From NCBI GenBank assembly GCA_037379345.1, contig CM074524.1, forward strand, positions 10,513,635-10,577,634: 64,000 nucleotides of DNA, read 5' to 3'. The first letter of the stretch is position 1. Each line of letters begins with the position of its first letter. Below the pieces are notes generated by a model. That model was not told the origin of the DNA. It ran no database searches and saw only the letters and a list, made by a program, of their open reading frames with translations. The stretch is from Perna viridis (taxonomy: Eukaryota). A program made the position numbers and the translations under genes. Positions 12,201 to 25,800 of this stretch are shown here, in pieces.

Positions 12201-13444
12201 AATACATTGTGATATGAAATTGAAACTTTTTTAGAAAACGAAATTAATCATGTGCCCACCCCCAAATCTTCCTGGTTTTATCATGGACACCCTCTTCAGT
12301 ATACCATTACATCATTACTTTCACTAGCATTTCATACATGTTCCTCTATACAGAAGTACAACATATATTTTTTTATATAAAAGTACAACCATTTAAGAAG
12401 AAGTCATCAAAATACTCACATCTGATTTAGGAATGGGAGAATTCAATAATTTCAGACCCAAGATGGAATAGTGGGCATTTACTACATCTGTGACAGGAAA
12501 AGCAGCTTCAAACACACTTTTGAGTCGTGCCCGGTCTACTGTTGTGAGGAATGTTGAAGGAGTTAAGGCCTGGCCTACCACAACAGCAGTAAACAACCAC
12601 AAAACTGATGTAACTGCAAAACAGACAAAACAGTAAAAAATGCATTCAAATGACTAAATTCCTAATTGATTACTCCATTTCAAATAAATTGTTCAAACAC
12701 TGGTCTACCCCTGTACTTATTGACAATTTCAAAACAACTGTGGCTAATTTGTTACCATTACTATTAGACCCTTTTATGCTAACATTGGGGTAGTCGATGA
12801 GCATGCTAAATATACACTTCGGTGAGGAAAATTATTTTGTTTTTCAAAAGCCCTACCTCGCGGAAGTGTATACTGAGCATGATCATCAACTTACCACAAA
12901 ACGGTCTATTTTAACAATGGAAACTGTTGAACTGTGATACATAGTTTTGTTCTTACAAACTTAGCTTTCATGACATAGAGATATAACAAAGCAGAATGCT
13001 AGTATTGTAGAAAGCCCTGCTCAACACAAGAGTTCAACACTGAATTAGGAAGACTGACTACTGGAGAGTGGAGTACAGTACTGCCCACTACTGCCGGTAT
13101 GTGATAATTTGACTGTGAGTTGAACAATGAAACATACAAAACAGCTAATGTGATAGTATCTTACTCATTTTACACAACATCGGAAACAGGTCTAGAAAAT
13201 GTCAATTTCTAAAAACCGACCTACGTGTGTACTAAATTTTCGAATCGGACTCATACACGTGGCAAATCGGCCGACACCGGTTCGTAAAATCCAAATATTT
13301 ATAGTGTTTCGTCGTCAAACTACAAATTTTCTATATCATCGTTGTGTATTATATAATAGAGATATGCAATATATTGCAAATGAAGGTTAAAGCGTGTACT
13401 TTGTGCAAGAAAAGCAAGAAAACCGGTTACTGACCCTTAGCCAT
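212..13444 (-). CDS. RPN2: Dolichyl-diphosphooligosaccharide-protein glycosyltransferase subunit 2 (ribophorin II); N-terminal 13 coding exons, gene continues past the left edge
   Basis: Phase-consistent GT-AG exons (minus): 13435-13444, 12420-12613, 11316-11411, 10148-10256, 9648-9711, 8428-8542, 8156-8245, 7604-7711, 6724-6792, 4832-4953, 3790-3907, 2302-2393, 212-326. The translation has a signal peptide (MAKVTSVLWLFTAVVVGQA-LTPSTFLT) and ribophorin II-like segments IEDIIAQADEVDEKYLQFEGGLFATA, KFANYFMSRK, YHIPVAV, VEVKVTTQV and LQYPNKA...ADNHQ...TAHQ. Confidence 0.93.
548..719. mobile_element. hAT-like MITE
   Basis: Perfect 14-bp TIR CAGTGTTCTCCCCA/TGGGGAGAACACTG; TSD not recognisable. 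Confidence 0.7.
1169..1302 (-). ncRNA. Intronic box H/ACA snoRNA, copy 1
   Basis: 134 nt on the host (RPN2) strand. Hairpin 1 (UCCCAU/AUGGGA lower stem, CUGUU/AACAG upper stem), H box AGACAA, hairpin 2 (CCAAGAU/AUUUUGG lower, GUACUG/CAGUAC upper), and ACA 3 nt from the inferred end. A near-identical copy lies in the adjacent intron. Confidence 0.8.
1562..1770 (+). mobile_element. ~200-bp MITE, TTAA-targeted (Kolobok-like), family copy
   Basis: TIR GGAGGTAGACCTAGG(G)TAAGGGA, preceded by TTAA; five copies in the window. Confidence 0.8.
2954..3087 (-). ncRNA. Intronic box H/ACA snoRNA, copy 2
   Basis: Paralogue of 1169-1302. Body differences are confined to the two apical loops, the terminal box is AUA (an ANA variant), and the flanks are unrelated. 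Confidence 0.75.
7033..7550 (-). mobile_element. Apparently full-length SINE-like non-autonomous retroposon with (AATC)n tail
   Basis: 8-bp TSD ATTCATAC (7025-7032 and 7551-7558). The 3' end GACGTTAAACCCCAAC(AATC)n is shared with truncated copies at 42447-42653, 54073-54132 and about 23058-23104. The body is GC-rich and structured. Confidence 0.8.
9443..9595. repeat. ~29-30-bp minisatellite, about 5 copies
   Basis: Recurring GATAACAAAACCA...CAAGTG. Confidence 0.85.
11106..11296. repeat. 96-bp tandem duplication
   Basis: CTTTCAAATTAGGTAGGCACAGG...GTTAACTGTAACTC occurs twice. Confidence 0.9.
12763..12909. mobile_element. Palindromic MITE
   Basis: TAGACC/GGTCTA ends; inner arms GATGAGCATGCTAAATATACACTTCGG / CGGAAGTGTATACTGAGCATGATCATC. 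Confidence 0.6.
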
Positions 13445-13800
13445 CGTCAATGGCGTTATCTTTCGGAAGTAAGTGAACTGTTCGCGTCGATCAATGGCAA
13501 ATCCCAAGAAGCATTGCTATAACAAGACGTTTCTTGAAAATGTCGTCCCTTTAAAGAAAAACGAAGCAGGCTCGTTGAATTAATTTGGTTGATACTTTAT
13601 GTATGATGATAGATACGGTAAATTTATTGCTTTAATATTATTTACTGCAATCTCAAGTCATCTACGATTGTTTTTGGTAACTGATTTCAGTTTACTTGAT
13701 AGATAGGCCCGATGCTGAATAAGGGACGATCGAATACTTCTAAACGTCACAATCAACTGAAAGATAGCGGGAAGGATGAACTAGCTGTCGAAGAAGAGAG
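13200..13800. promoter_or_regulatory. CpG-rich RPN2 promoter, probably shared with the CCDC60-like gene
   Basis: Local CpG enrichment; ETS-like CGGAAGT at 13464-13470; ZNF143/Staf-like TCCCAAGAAGCATTGC at 13502-13517; CREB3/XBP1-type ACACGTGGCA at 13255-13264. Confidence 0.55.
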
Positions 13801-16800
13801 AAATACCCTAGAAAACTAAAGTAGAACTAAGCGATAAAGTAAAGAAATTAATGAGAAATAACTAAATATTTTGTTATTGATTACTTACAAAAAAGGCAGA
13901 ACAGAACTGAACCAAATAACATCATGTAAAAAAAAAGATTGTGGTTGGGAGAATTTCATTTTTTTAAATAGTGCACGTGAAATGAAAATAAGGAATTAAT
14001 TGATGTCAAACATGGCTTTATTGCAGTTGAACAGATGTTTTTTTTTTATTGATTTTAACATTTTAATAGTTAATAAATACCAATACTCTAGATTGAAGAT
14101 AATGGATTTTTAATAAGTGAATGCACCTTCTACATTTGTATTGTAATTTGTAGTCAACTTCATCAACATATTGATGTTCAGAAGTATACAGTAGGTAGAC
14201 AAATAGAATTTAAAGTTCTTTTCTATACATGTAACTCAAATTATGTACAGGTAAGTTTGGTTTGAACAGGGACTTTATATTACAGAGACTAGTCACTCCT
14301 AACAAAGTCTATATGTGTAACGGTCTTTATACTGGTTTAACTTAAAGCCTGTAAGATTTATATTTGACATATGCATACTGGGGGAAGAGAAATTATTCAT
14401 GATATTTTACTTTAGTTACAATACCTTTGTAGTTAACAAATTGATAATGACATAGTTATGATGAAAATACTGAGGAAGGGTGGGTCCTCAAAACACTAAA
14501 ATATAATAAAAATTTCAAAATTTACCTGTAAAAATCAATAATTACTAGACTACTTACTTAATTTTGCCAACTTCTAACTTTTAAGTATTTCAAACTCATT
14601 ATTATGAAATAAAAATTATGTCACTTTAAAAAAGTTTCTTTAATCTTTTATTTGATGGTAAATTCATATGGTTAAACAAATGGTAGAAATTCAAAATGAT
14701 AAACAGCTTACTGAGATATAGTTTATGAAAATGTTGATATTTCTTTCTCAAGGTACATTCATTTAGTTACATGTATCATTTTATTGTTACTCAAAGCACA
14801 CTTATTAAAAAAAGCCATTGCCATTCAGCAGATTTTTCTCTTTTATTTTATATTAATTTCATTTTAATAAATCCAATAGTTTTCACAAACATTAAATGAC
14901 AAAGCATACTTTATGCTTGGTGGCTTTTATACTCTGCCATGTTTTAATTCATCATTAGGAAAAAAGTTGGGAAATGGGAGTCTTTGATATCTGTTGGTAG
15001 ATACAGATTTATATGCATTCACTCCTATTTACCAAATGCTTTCAGGAAAACAACCCAACTGTGCCGTACAAAGGTTCTTACTTCTGTGTAAGACATATAG
15101 CCGACTGAAGTTGCTCTTTTTGAGGTTGAATTAGGTACAAAAATGTCTCGAAATATCTAGTGTTTTGGCATGCTGCATACAACATTTGATAGTTTTATGA
15201 GTCATTCCCTCACATTGGACAATCATCAAAATTAAAATCATCAAAAAGCAACCTCAGGTAAAAAATGTAGAAATTTTAAGAATGGGCATTTGTAATTAGC
15301 CTCTAATTCCTTGAAGCATTATAAGTTTTGCTAATTAATAGTGAAAAGTGAAAAAGATATATGGCTTTCATTTGCATTCATTATCCTCATTGTTGCCTTT
15401 CTTTTCTGTCTCTAATAAAGTACGCCCTTCAGGCTCCTAATGGACCCCTGTCGTCTTACACGACATGCTTTATTCTGCCTACTGAAGTTGCCAGTGGCCC
15501 TCAACCTTTTTTTTTCTTGCATTGGTTTAGCTTCCGATTAAGATATTCGTAGTTGTATGTTTGTCTAACTAAAAGCGGAACAATTTAAAGAAATTTAGTG
15601 AGCACGCTCACAATACTCAACACGCAAACATTTACACACTTTAGTATATTCAATCCTTTACATGTATGTAACCAAATAAAATATTGCCCATTGACCGATG
15701 TAAAAAAACGTCTAAGATATTATTGTTACTAATCATTCACTAAAGTTTGAAGTAAATTGGTAAAAAAACGGAGGCGTTACCTAGCCCACAAGACGTTATG
15801 ACAGACACACGGACAGACGCACGGACACAGGTACGGATGTATGGACATACTTGAATGGTCCTAAACATCAAATATTCGCAACTTCTCGTTGGATATAATA
15901 AACAAGTGTCTTTGATTATAAGCTAATGCTTTAAAACCTTTTCGGTTTTTTTTTTCGCGTTTTAAAAACAGAATTTCAAGCAATAAAGGGGCGAATCAAC
16001 CACGATCTTAGGTTTACAAAAATAGATAAATATGTTCTTGTGAAGACAACATAAGTTTTTTTATGTTTATAAAGCAAGAAAACAAATGCTGGTTGTTTAA
16101 TATGGAAACCCCCAAAATTTTGTTTTTTACAAGATAATGCGTTTTTTTTTCTAAATTCTTAAGATTTTCTAGAAGGTAAATTTAAAAATGAATAGAGCTA
16201 AGATTTAAATTGATTAAAAAGCAATTTTGATATAATTTTAATATATGGTTTGTTTTTAAACGATGTTTTTACTTAAATGTTATATGATTTTGAAATACTC
16301 ATTTTCGTGTTTTTTTGCAGTTTAAAGAAATCGTGAACACTTCCCATTTTTGCAACCAAGCAATTCTGAAAGTACAATGAAAGATCTTTCCAAAGAATAT
16401 AGCTGTGTGTTAGATAGGTGCATTAAAAACCTCGACATTCCTTGTTCGGTACTTGCCTACTCTAATATACACTATAGATGCCAAAATAGTACGCTCAAAA
16501 CAAATAGATGCTGTTGTTGACTGTACTAACCAGAAAGTCGTGGTTTATTTTGCTTTTTTTTTCTTCCTTTTTCTTGCAGATAATTGTAACATGGTATACA
16601 TGCTTGTGGTCTGGCAGTTAATTAAGTTAACTTTGTGAAAATGGCCCATTTGGGTTAGAATAAATAGTCCCTATGTTGCTTTTGTAGTGTGTACATTTTA
16701 CATGTAGATATCAGATTTGGTATACATTTTTTATTAAAAAAAATTGAACATAAAGATGTATAATTAAAAGGAGGTAATAATTAATTTAATAATTATGTAC

Positions 16801-16877
16801 AACTTCATAATAAAATTAGTGAATTTGGATTATTGTTTATAAAAAACGTATATCATGTTTTCCTGTTTCAGATTAGA

Positions 16878-19800
16878 ATGACTGCATCTCCAAGACACAT
16901 GCATCTAGCAAGTGCACGCTTTAGTCAGAATACAAGTTCCACTGTCGCTACTGAAATTACCAAGTTGGTTCGACTTTATTATGACCCTGCAACAGGTTTG
17001 CATATAAAAACTGCCTCAAATTTATAGGGTTTAACTGCCCCCTTCTTGGAGGAACAGTGTCCTACATGTGGGTGTAGTGATACCTGTATTAAGGATTGTT
17101 TTACATGTAATTGTTTCATGCAGTACTCTCCGAAAAGAAAATACTTCATTTGGGGTCATCATCCCTTTTTTTTTTGTTATTAAAATTCCATGGTATTTCT
17201 ATAGAAGAATATCTTGTCAAATTATTTCCCTCAGGAAAAATAAAGTGGCTTATAAAAATAAATGATAATTATTTTATCATGTATCCAATTTTATATCATA
17301 AAAGCTTTTCAAATAATTTGAGAAAAATGTTTTTTTACACCATACATAAACATGCATGTTAAACTCCATTTGCTCATTGAAAATGCAAATTTGTATATTG
17401 TTCTGCAAAGTGACAGAAAAAAAACTGCTCCACATAATAGGTACATGTATGGTCTACCATAATGCATGTACCTTTTTTATGTTCACTTTACATTCTTAAT
17501 ATTTCAGCACCACCTTACAAATATCAAAAAGTGTGTCAAAAGACTAGTAGAACTTTGCTTCATGAGAGGCCAGAAAATACATGGGAAGAAAACTACAAAA
17601 GACGGGCACACCACTTTGAGTGTGGTTATTACAGTATACCAAATGAATCCTATAAAAACCTAGGTGGCGAATTTTATCTTGATCCTTATGATCTTGTTAT
17701 GTCAACATTGTCCAAAAATCTAAGTCCAAAGGTATGAGTATTTTATGGTTCAAATACATGTATCATATAAAGTTTGGTTTTTTTTTTTTTCGCTGTAATT
17801 TAATTTTTTGCTACACGTATATTTGCAGTAGTTGGCAGAGGCCGAAAATGAAAACGCATAAAATTTTTAACCCTTAAATTTATAATTATCATTTCAAATT
17901 TAACATATTGAGTAAATTTTGGGTTCACAAAAATAAAATCAGTCCATTTAATACCAAAAAGTCTAGTCCGGGAGTTTTCATCCTTCATAAAATAACCACT
18001 TGCAATCAAAGATAATTATGAACACTAATTCCAAACTATACATGAATCATATATAATTTTTTTTTTATCATAATCTGCATTTGACCTCCTGCTTCCGGGG
18101 TGCAGGGTTCCTGGACTTTTTCAAGTTAAAGCCAATTGCCCACTTGAGGAAGGCCAATTTATATCCATCCATAAAGAGTCATTTAATAGTGCTGAAACTC
18201 CAACATATATAGGTCCAAAAATGTATAACCAATTACCCCCTGTGCTACAACTGATTTCATCACAAATTGTCAGATTGAATTATTGGAATCACTAGTATAA
18301 GTGTCCTTGATATAAACGGTAGTGACAGTGATTGATTAGACCAGAATGCTATAGAAGCTTTTCAGTTATTAATATTTAATTTTTGACCTTTCTGAGGTCA
18401 GGTCATTAAATTAATATTGAATATGTGTATTTCATGGACCTTGAACCGTCACTAGTTTGAACTCCTGGGATCATAATTATTCAATACACATGTAAGGTGT
18501 TGTTGTATGTAGGCAGTTGAGATACAAGTATCCACATCCTTTGTGGAAGGTACGGAGGATAATTAACCGTGAATTTCCAATATTGGGTATCCTTAGCTAT
18601 ATGTAACATTTAAACTTGTGTTCTAGGTATGGGATGCTAGAAGTAAAGCAGGAACACCTGTAAAGTTGTTCAAACAGAAGAAGAGGAGACAGAGTTACCT
18701 TCCTCCACTACCACCAATCAAGAGCCAGGCTGCTGTGAGTTTTATATGTGTAGTCAGTGTTTTGTTGGAATTATGGCTCTCGTTTCTTAGAGTGTATTCA
18801 ACACTTGATGTTGCTGATTTCTGTCTTTTTTTTCTGTCAGCTGAGTAAAACCACATCCAGGTATTTAAGTCATGTGAATCTGTAAGTCATGTTTATATAC
18901 AACTGTCTAAGACGGGGCATATTATGGTATTCCGTTGTCCATCGTCAACACTTTGGACAATGACTCAAAAACAGTTTGGTGAATTGTTCATACCTACTGA
19001 CATAAGCTCCCTTTCAATTTTTATAAATTTTAGATTTTTCGTTTCCGTGTAATGAATTTTATACTTAAAAAAGGGTGATTTTCAAGTATTCGGACAATAA
19101 CTCAAGACACTTTCACTAACTTTTATGAAACTTTAGTGAATTGTTCATATATATTTAAGTAAGCTTCCTTCCAATTTGTATAAATGTCAAAAAAGGCAGA
19201 AACGGCCAAGGAAATTTATATGTTGAAAAATCTTTGAAAAACGGGCCATTTGTAATGATAGTGCCAAATTTTTTGTGCATATTTTGTTTACTTTTTTTGG
19301 GGAGGCTGGGGGGTATTTGACAGGGCTCACAGTATTTCTAGTTGATCATATAACTTCATTAAAAGCATAAGGACAAGTTAAAAGGGCAACAGGCGTATTA
19401 TGCGCTCAAAGTGCAGCTCTTTATTATATATATTGACCCATTCATGTAAGTCATGTTTTTATATCTTTTAGACCCATACATGTAAGTCATGTTTTTAGAT
19501 CTTATAGACCCATACATGAAAGTTATGTTTTTAGATCTTATAGACCCATACATGTAAGTCATGTTTTTACATCTTATAGACCCATACATGTAAGTCATGT
19601 TTTTATCTGTTATAGATCCATACAAGTAAGTCGTGTTGTTATCTCTTATAGATCCATACATGTAAGTCATATATTTATGTTATAGACCCATGGCTGAGGT
19701 TGTATCATGCTGTGCTCTACAAAGCTTTTTATTGTATTTTTGTTTAATGTTCTATTTCTTGATGTAGTGGTTGCACGTAAGTCTAATATAAAAGTGCTCA

Positions 19801-22800
19801 TAATTTACCGGTAATGATCGAAAATGGCACACTTCTTGATATAGATAAAGTAGATAGAAAGTGCCAAGTGGAAAACATTTTTTATACACTAAACAATATC
19901 AATAAAAAAGTTAACTACTATAAAATAGAGAAAAACAACAATTCCTACTTTAAAAGAGTAATCAAGGGAACCACGGTTATAGCGGTAATCAAAAGAATGT
20001 AATCCAGGGACAAAGACCAGACATGGAAAACAGACACACACAACAAAGAACATAAAGTAACTAAAATCATACATACAAAGTAACAAAAGTAAATGAGCAA
20101 CTCGGACTCCACTAAAAACTGGGAGCATGGACCAGGTGCACCGGTAGGGTAAGCGTCCTCTGTTTTTCTAGAAACACCCGCCGAGTTGCTCATAAAAAGT
20201 CAAGTCCGGGGTAGACAAACGACGAAAGGCAAACTATGACCCGTTGAATAAATCAGTTTTCATGGTGCTGATGGATACATCATAACGATCCACGAGTTCA
20301 TGATGACGACCATAAAACTTCTGTAGTGATGACGTCAATCTTGTAGCAACATAACCCTGTTCCAGAAGTCTATTTGTTAGACTTCTAGCGTGATACAAAA
20401 AGTCTGCGTAGTTTTGGCAAGCTCTGGCATAGCGTACGAGATGTGATATGAACACTCCATACGCAGGAGCCGAAGGGATGTTGCCACAGATGAAAGGAAA
20501 GTTGACAATTCTGAATGAAAAGTCATCACGTTTGTCGTAAAGTTTGGTCAATAGTTTTCCTTTACCATCGATTTCTAAGTGTAGGTCAAGATATGAGGCT
20601 GACTTCACAGTATCTGTAGTATTCTTTATCTCAAGTTCTTTTGGGTAGATGTGATGTATCAAATCCTCGAAATTAGGATTGTTTAAAGATAATACGTCAT
20701 CTATATAGCGGAAACTGAGATTGAAGGATCTGGCCAAACGATATTCTTTCTTTCTGATCAAATGAGCTATAAAGTCAAATTATGTTAAATAATAAGTCAG
20801 TACATTGCCTAAAACTGACTTCTTTATATACATGTATACATGTATTAGAATGTTTCAAAATAAGAAATAAATTGATTTGATTTTATGCAGTACATGTTCA
20901 TCAGTATTTTAACATCTATAATATTTGTAACATGTTATACATGTACATGTATTATGTTATTTATATGCCATATTTGTTGTAACTGGGTCATAACCATATT
21001 TCCTTTATGAGTCTGTGCCAATAAAGTATTTGCATAACAATACAGGGATGTCTTGAAGAAGATGAATGGGAAGCAAAGGATTGTGATGGAGGAAGAACAG
21101 TGATCAGAGAACAAATAATGGATCTAGAGAGTACCAAACTTTGGGTCAAATGTGGGCAATCATTTGAAGAAAACATCCTTACTTTGCAGGTGTAGTGATT
21201 ATAATACAGTAAACTGGAAAATTTGTATGCCATCTTTTTTTTTCGCAGGTTCTGCGATCAATCTACTTTTGCGCAGGTTTAATTTCCCAGGATTTAAATT
21301 TTTCATATTTATCAGCCTTAAGAAAACAAATGTAAATTGTACACTTTCCTGTTTCTTTCATACTAGTACCTGTATTGAATTTCATCTTACTAGGATGTCA
21401 AAATGTCATTCATAGGAAGCCAAATATCAATTCATTTTGAAAGTACTGGGAGCAAGGCATTACGTTAATGTCAAGGCCACCTTCCTTACCATACATGCAG
21501 GTATATTCAGAAGGAGGTCTGTATGGAATTTATCTTTGATGTTATCTTTTTATTATTTTAAACATTGAAATACACCATGAAAGCAATATACATTGTAGTT
21601 CATTTGATAATCAACAAATGTGTTTGTTTCCTCAGGAGAAATTTTGGGCCCTAGATTATAGTACCCTTTTGTAAACTTCACGACCATCCACACCTTTTTT
21701 TTCAGGAGTTAAAGTCTATCAGAGGAAAGCAAGTAAAAGCTAAAGATGAAATGGTACTGGTAACCATGGAAAGTCCTTATCTACAGGGTGACACACCAGA
21801 AAGTCAAGCAACACCATCACCACAGAAAGACATTGGTAGAAAATTACCTCCATCTGGGAGAGTGACAATTAATGATGAGATAAAAGTTATGTCCCCTGAA
21901 ATATCACCAGTACCATCAGAGATGTCATTAAAGAGTGTATCTGATGATGTAAATAGACTAGATATTCCTGATAAGCGTAAAAAATCCATTTACTTGCGAT
22001 CAGCCACATCACTTCTAGCTGTAATTGATATACATACCACTGTGTTGTAAGTGTCAAAAATAGGTTTATATACATGTCCTGCATGGGAACATTTGTTAAA
22101 TAATTAATCTGCTCGGTAATCTTTCATCCATTGAATAACTGTCTAGGATGTGGAAACAGAGGGACGAAAGAGGAAGCAGACCTTCACATTTGTTTAGTTG
22201 TTTTCATTCACTATATATGTATTGTACTTGAAGGAAAGGGGAAGTAGTTTTCAATATTTATTTCATATGGTCATCCAGGGATAAAAATTAGCCGTGCCCA
22301 GTAGCCCATGGCTACTAGATTTGGAGCTGGGCTACCAAACTTTTTGGAAAATTTAGTTGAAGATATAGAAAATATTAAACAAAAATATGATCTGGGCTAC
22401 TAGCTTGTATTTCTTTATTTAATCCCTGTGACATGGTTTTGGTGACACTGTTAATAAATAATTTATCAGGGCATTTTGAAATTATGAAGAGGGGCACAGC
22501 AGAGACCTTTGAAGCCTGAATGCGAGATCCCTCCATTTCTGTCTAGTGAATGCATTGACTTATACATGTATATAGACTGAACAGGACTAATCAGTTATTT
22601 ACTGATGGCCAGCTTCAAAATAGGCCTTAAAACTAATTTGGAAAGTATGTAAGCTTTTATTTGCTTTACAAGAAGTAAAAAAAAGGACCAGTAGCTACTG
22701 AATTTCTTCCTGTCTATATGTCATGCTTAAAATAGTTACTCTTAACACCCAAGTGTGTGTGATATATAAGATGTTCTTAAACCCTTCCCCGTCCAAAAAA

Positions 22801-25800
22801 AGTCCTGAATTTCATATTCATGATGGTCATAAATTGCAGCCATATTTTTTTTTTTTTTTGAGTTACTTAAATTTCAAATTTGATCCATATGGAATCAGAA
22901 CAAATAGTACAATTACTGTTTTTATACATTTTTAAGGGAAAGGAAGAAGAGAGCAAAGAGAATTCACATGGAATATTTAAGAGCTTTGAATATTGTAATT
23001 AATTCCTTGTACAATATGAAAACTAGAGATATTAAATCTAAGGTAGGTAGAAGACAAGATGAAATATTGCTGCTGTGGCGTTAAACCCCAACAATCAATC
23101 AATCCAAAGCTTACATAAGACTTCCCATTGGTTTGTTAAGGATTTATATGAACGGAAGTCTTGTGAGTGCTTTCTGAAATGATGCCCTGATTCATAACTT
23201 CAATCCATGCTAACAGTTGTATTTATATGGTTGTCCTTTCTATAGTGTTTATTTGTCCAGGACCACAAGCACATTGTAAGAAATTTTCTTGATGTGAGAT
23301 TTTAACTTCCTGTATGAGTCTGGACTTTCCCATTTTCTTTATAGCTGATCTAATCCAAAGGAAGGAACATTGTTTAGCCAGAACCTTTGATCTCAGTTTC
23401 CGCTATATTGATGACATATTATCGCTAAACAGTCCTAGTTTCAGGTATTTTATATATCACATCTACACCAAAGAACTTGAAATATAAGATACTATTGATA
23501 CTCTGAAGTCAGTCTCATATCTTGACGTACACAGAGAGATCGATGGTAAAGGAAAACTATTGACCAAACTATATGAGAAAGGCACTGACTTTTCATTCGG
23601 TATTGTCAACTTTCTTTAAATCTGAAGCAACATCCCTTCAGTACTTGCGAGTTTCTAGACTTCTAACAATTAGGCTTCTAGAACATGGTTGTTGCTACAA
23701 GATAAATAATCACTACAGTAGTTTTTTGGTCATCATCATGAACTTTTTGATCATTATGGTGTATCCATCTGCTTCATGAGAACTGATTTGCTCTACATGT
23801 CATAGTTTTCCTTTCCTCTCTCCTTTACACTGGACTTTTTATTAGCAGCTCGGCAGGTGTTTCTAGAAAAGCAGAGTACCCTGACCCTACTGATGCACCT
23901 GGTCCATGCTCCCAGTTTTTAGTGGAGTCAGAGTTATTCATTTACTTTCGTTGCTTTGCGCCTATTATTTGAGTTATTTTATGTTCTTTGTTGTTTGTGT
24001 CTGTTTTCAGTGTTTGGTTTTTGTCTCATGATTACATTCTTTTAATTTTCGCTAGAATCTTTGTTCCCTTAATTGCTCTTCCACTCTATTGAATGGTAGA
24101 GAAAATTTTCAGTGCAAAAAACTTGCTCCCATTGGACAGATTAATTTCTAATTTGTAGGGGTACTGTGATCATATTAATTTTCATAAGTACTATATTTTG
24201 CACTTTTCAGTCCACTGCAAAAATAGCGAAAATTAGTACACCGTGAAAATAATACATTTACAGTAGACAATGTGTGCAATTTCATGTTTCTTTTTGTGAA
24301 CAGGTTATCTTGGGTAGTATTGAAAATTGGATAGTTATATGTACATATATTACATCAAGTTTATTGCAAGCTTGCATGGTTTTTCAAATTTTTCTTTACA
24401 GACACCATTATCAGCTGAATATCTGAAACAGTTACGGAAAGATACTGCCCCTGGTCCTGGTGATAATAGATAGTAAGTACATTACCATTATCAAATTTTT
24501 AAATTTATATATTAATTTGTATATGCCATCTTTGAAGAAGAACATTTTATTTAGTACTGCTCCCTGTTTGTCTGTAACATGTTTTCATAAAACATAAGAT
24601 ATTGATTTAATTTATAAATTATTGTGTGCATTTATGATAGCCGTTTTGTAATTTTAGCAGAAAATTCTATTTTGATTTTTGCAGTTTTGAGAAAAATTTC
24701 ACGCATTGCATAATGCAACATTTTGCAAATTTATGTCAGACAAACTCTTTGAAAATTGAAAGCATCACAATAATTCTGAATGTACAGTATATGACATAAA
24801 GCAGGACATGGCTGACTACATAAAAAAAAAAGAGATCAAGGGGAGATAATCCAGAATTATCTTTCTTGTCATTCTTAAGCCATTTATTGTGTTTGTTAAG
24901 CACTGTATAAAATTAAAGGACTATCTCAGTTTGAGAGTTTTTTTTTTTTTTTTATAAAACCATACTTGGTAGAACAAGCCAGTTACATCCATATTGCCAG
25001 CCCATAAATCATAAATATGATAACTCAAAAGTGCATTGAAGGATTATGATGATTTTTTTTAACAATCTTCAATAACCAAGGGATAAAATGGTGCTTTCCT
25101 CCTTGGCTATTGAAAATGATATCTTTTTGCAAGGAATCTCCTTTTTGTTTTTCACATTTTCCTGATTATTTTGGTCATTAGTTAGGAGCTTACCATGTGT
25201 TTTAGGGCAGGTGATTACTAGTGATTTTTTATGCCAATAAATTTCTTATACTAATTTTTTATATTTTCTATTGTAGCCCTGGACGATTTAGACCTACGAA
25301 GAATCTCTCGGTCCTAACGGTACCATCTTCAACAGATGACAAGCAAGCCAGTATTGCCTCTATGTTCAACAAGAAAAAGCCTTCCAATATGTTTGAACAA
25401 GTAGCAACGCTTCCCACTAAATTGGGGACAAAATCAAAATTTGAGTAAGACATAATGACTTGCAGAGTAAACAATTATTAAATTTTAGCAGAAATTTTCA
25501 CAATGTTTTTATTATTTTGGAAAAAGTAGTTGGATTAAAGTGCAATATTTATAACTCATTTTAAACTTTAAATCATCCCGATTCACATTGTTTTATAAAT
25601 TTATATTGATATTTGAATAATAATAACATTGTGATAGTACTATTGTTTGTGGGGTACCAATTTTCATGGTTTTTGTGGATGAGCTAAACTAAGAAAGGAG
25701 AAGGTTCAGTTATGGCCAATTTTGGCCTCTGAATTTGAAATTGTTCAAAATAAAGATTTTTGTCATCTTTGTACACATAAGTGTTTACACCAGCTAGTTT

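Noticed and set aside
19398-19670. ORF with MTYMYGSIRSKN repeats
   Set aside because: Translation of a 36-bp minisatellite within an intron; no evidence of coding function.
19953-20233. SECIS or hammerhead ribozyme in the Penelope-like 3' UTR
   Set aside because: No CUGANGA/GAAA core; the AUGA is fully Watson-Crick paired rather than forming the SECIS GA quartet.
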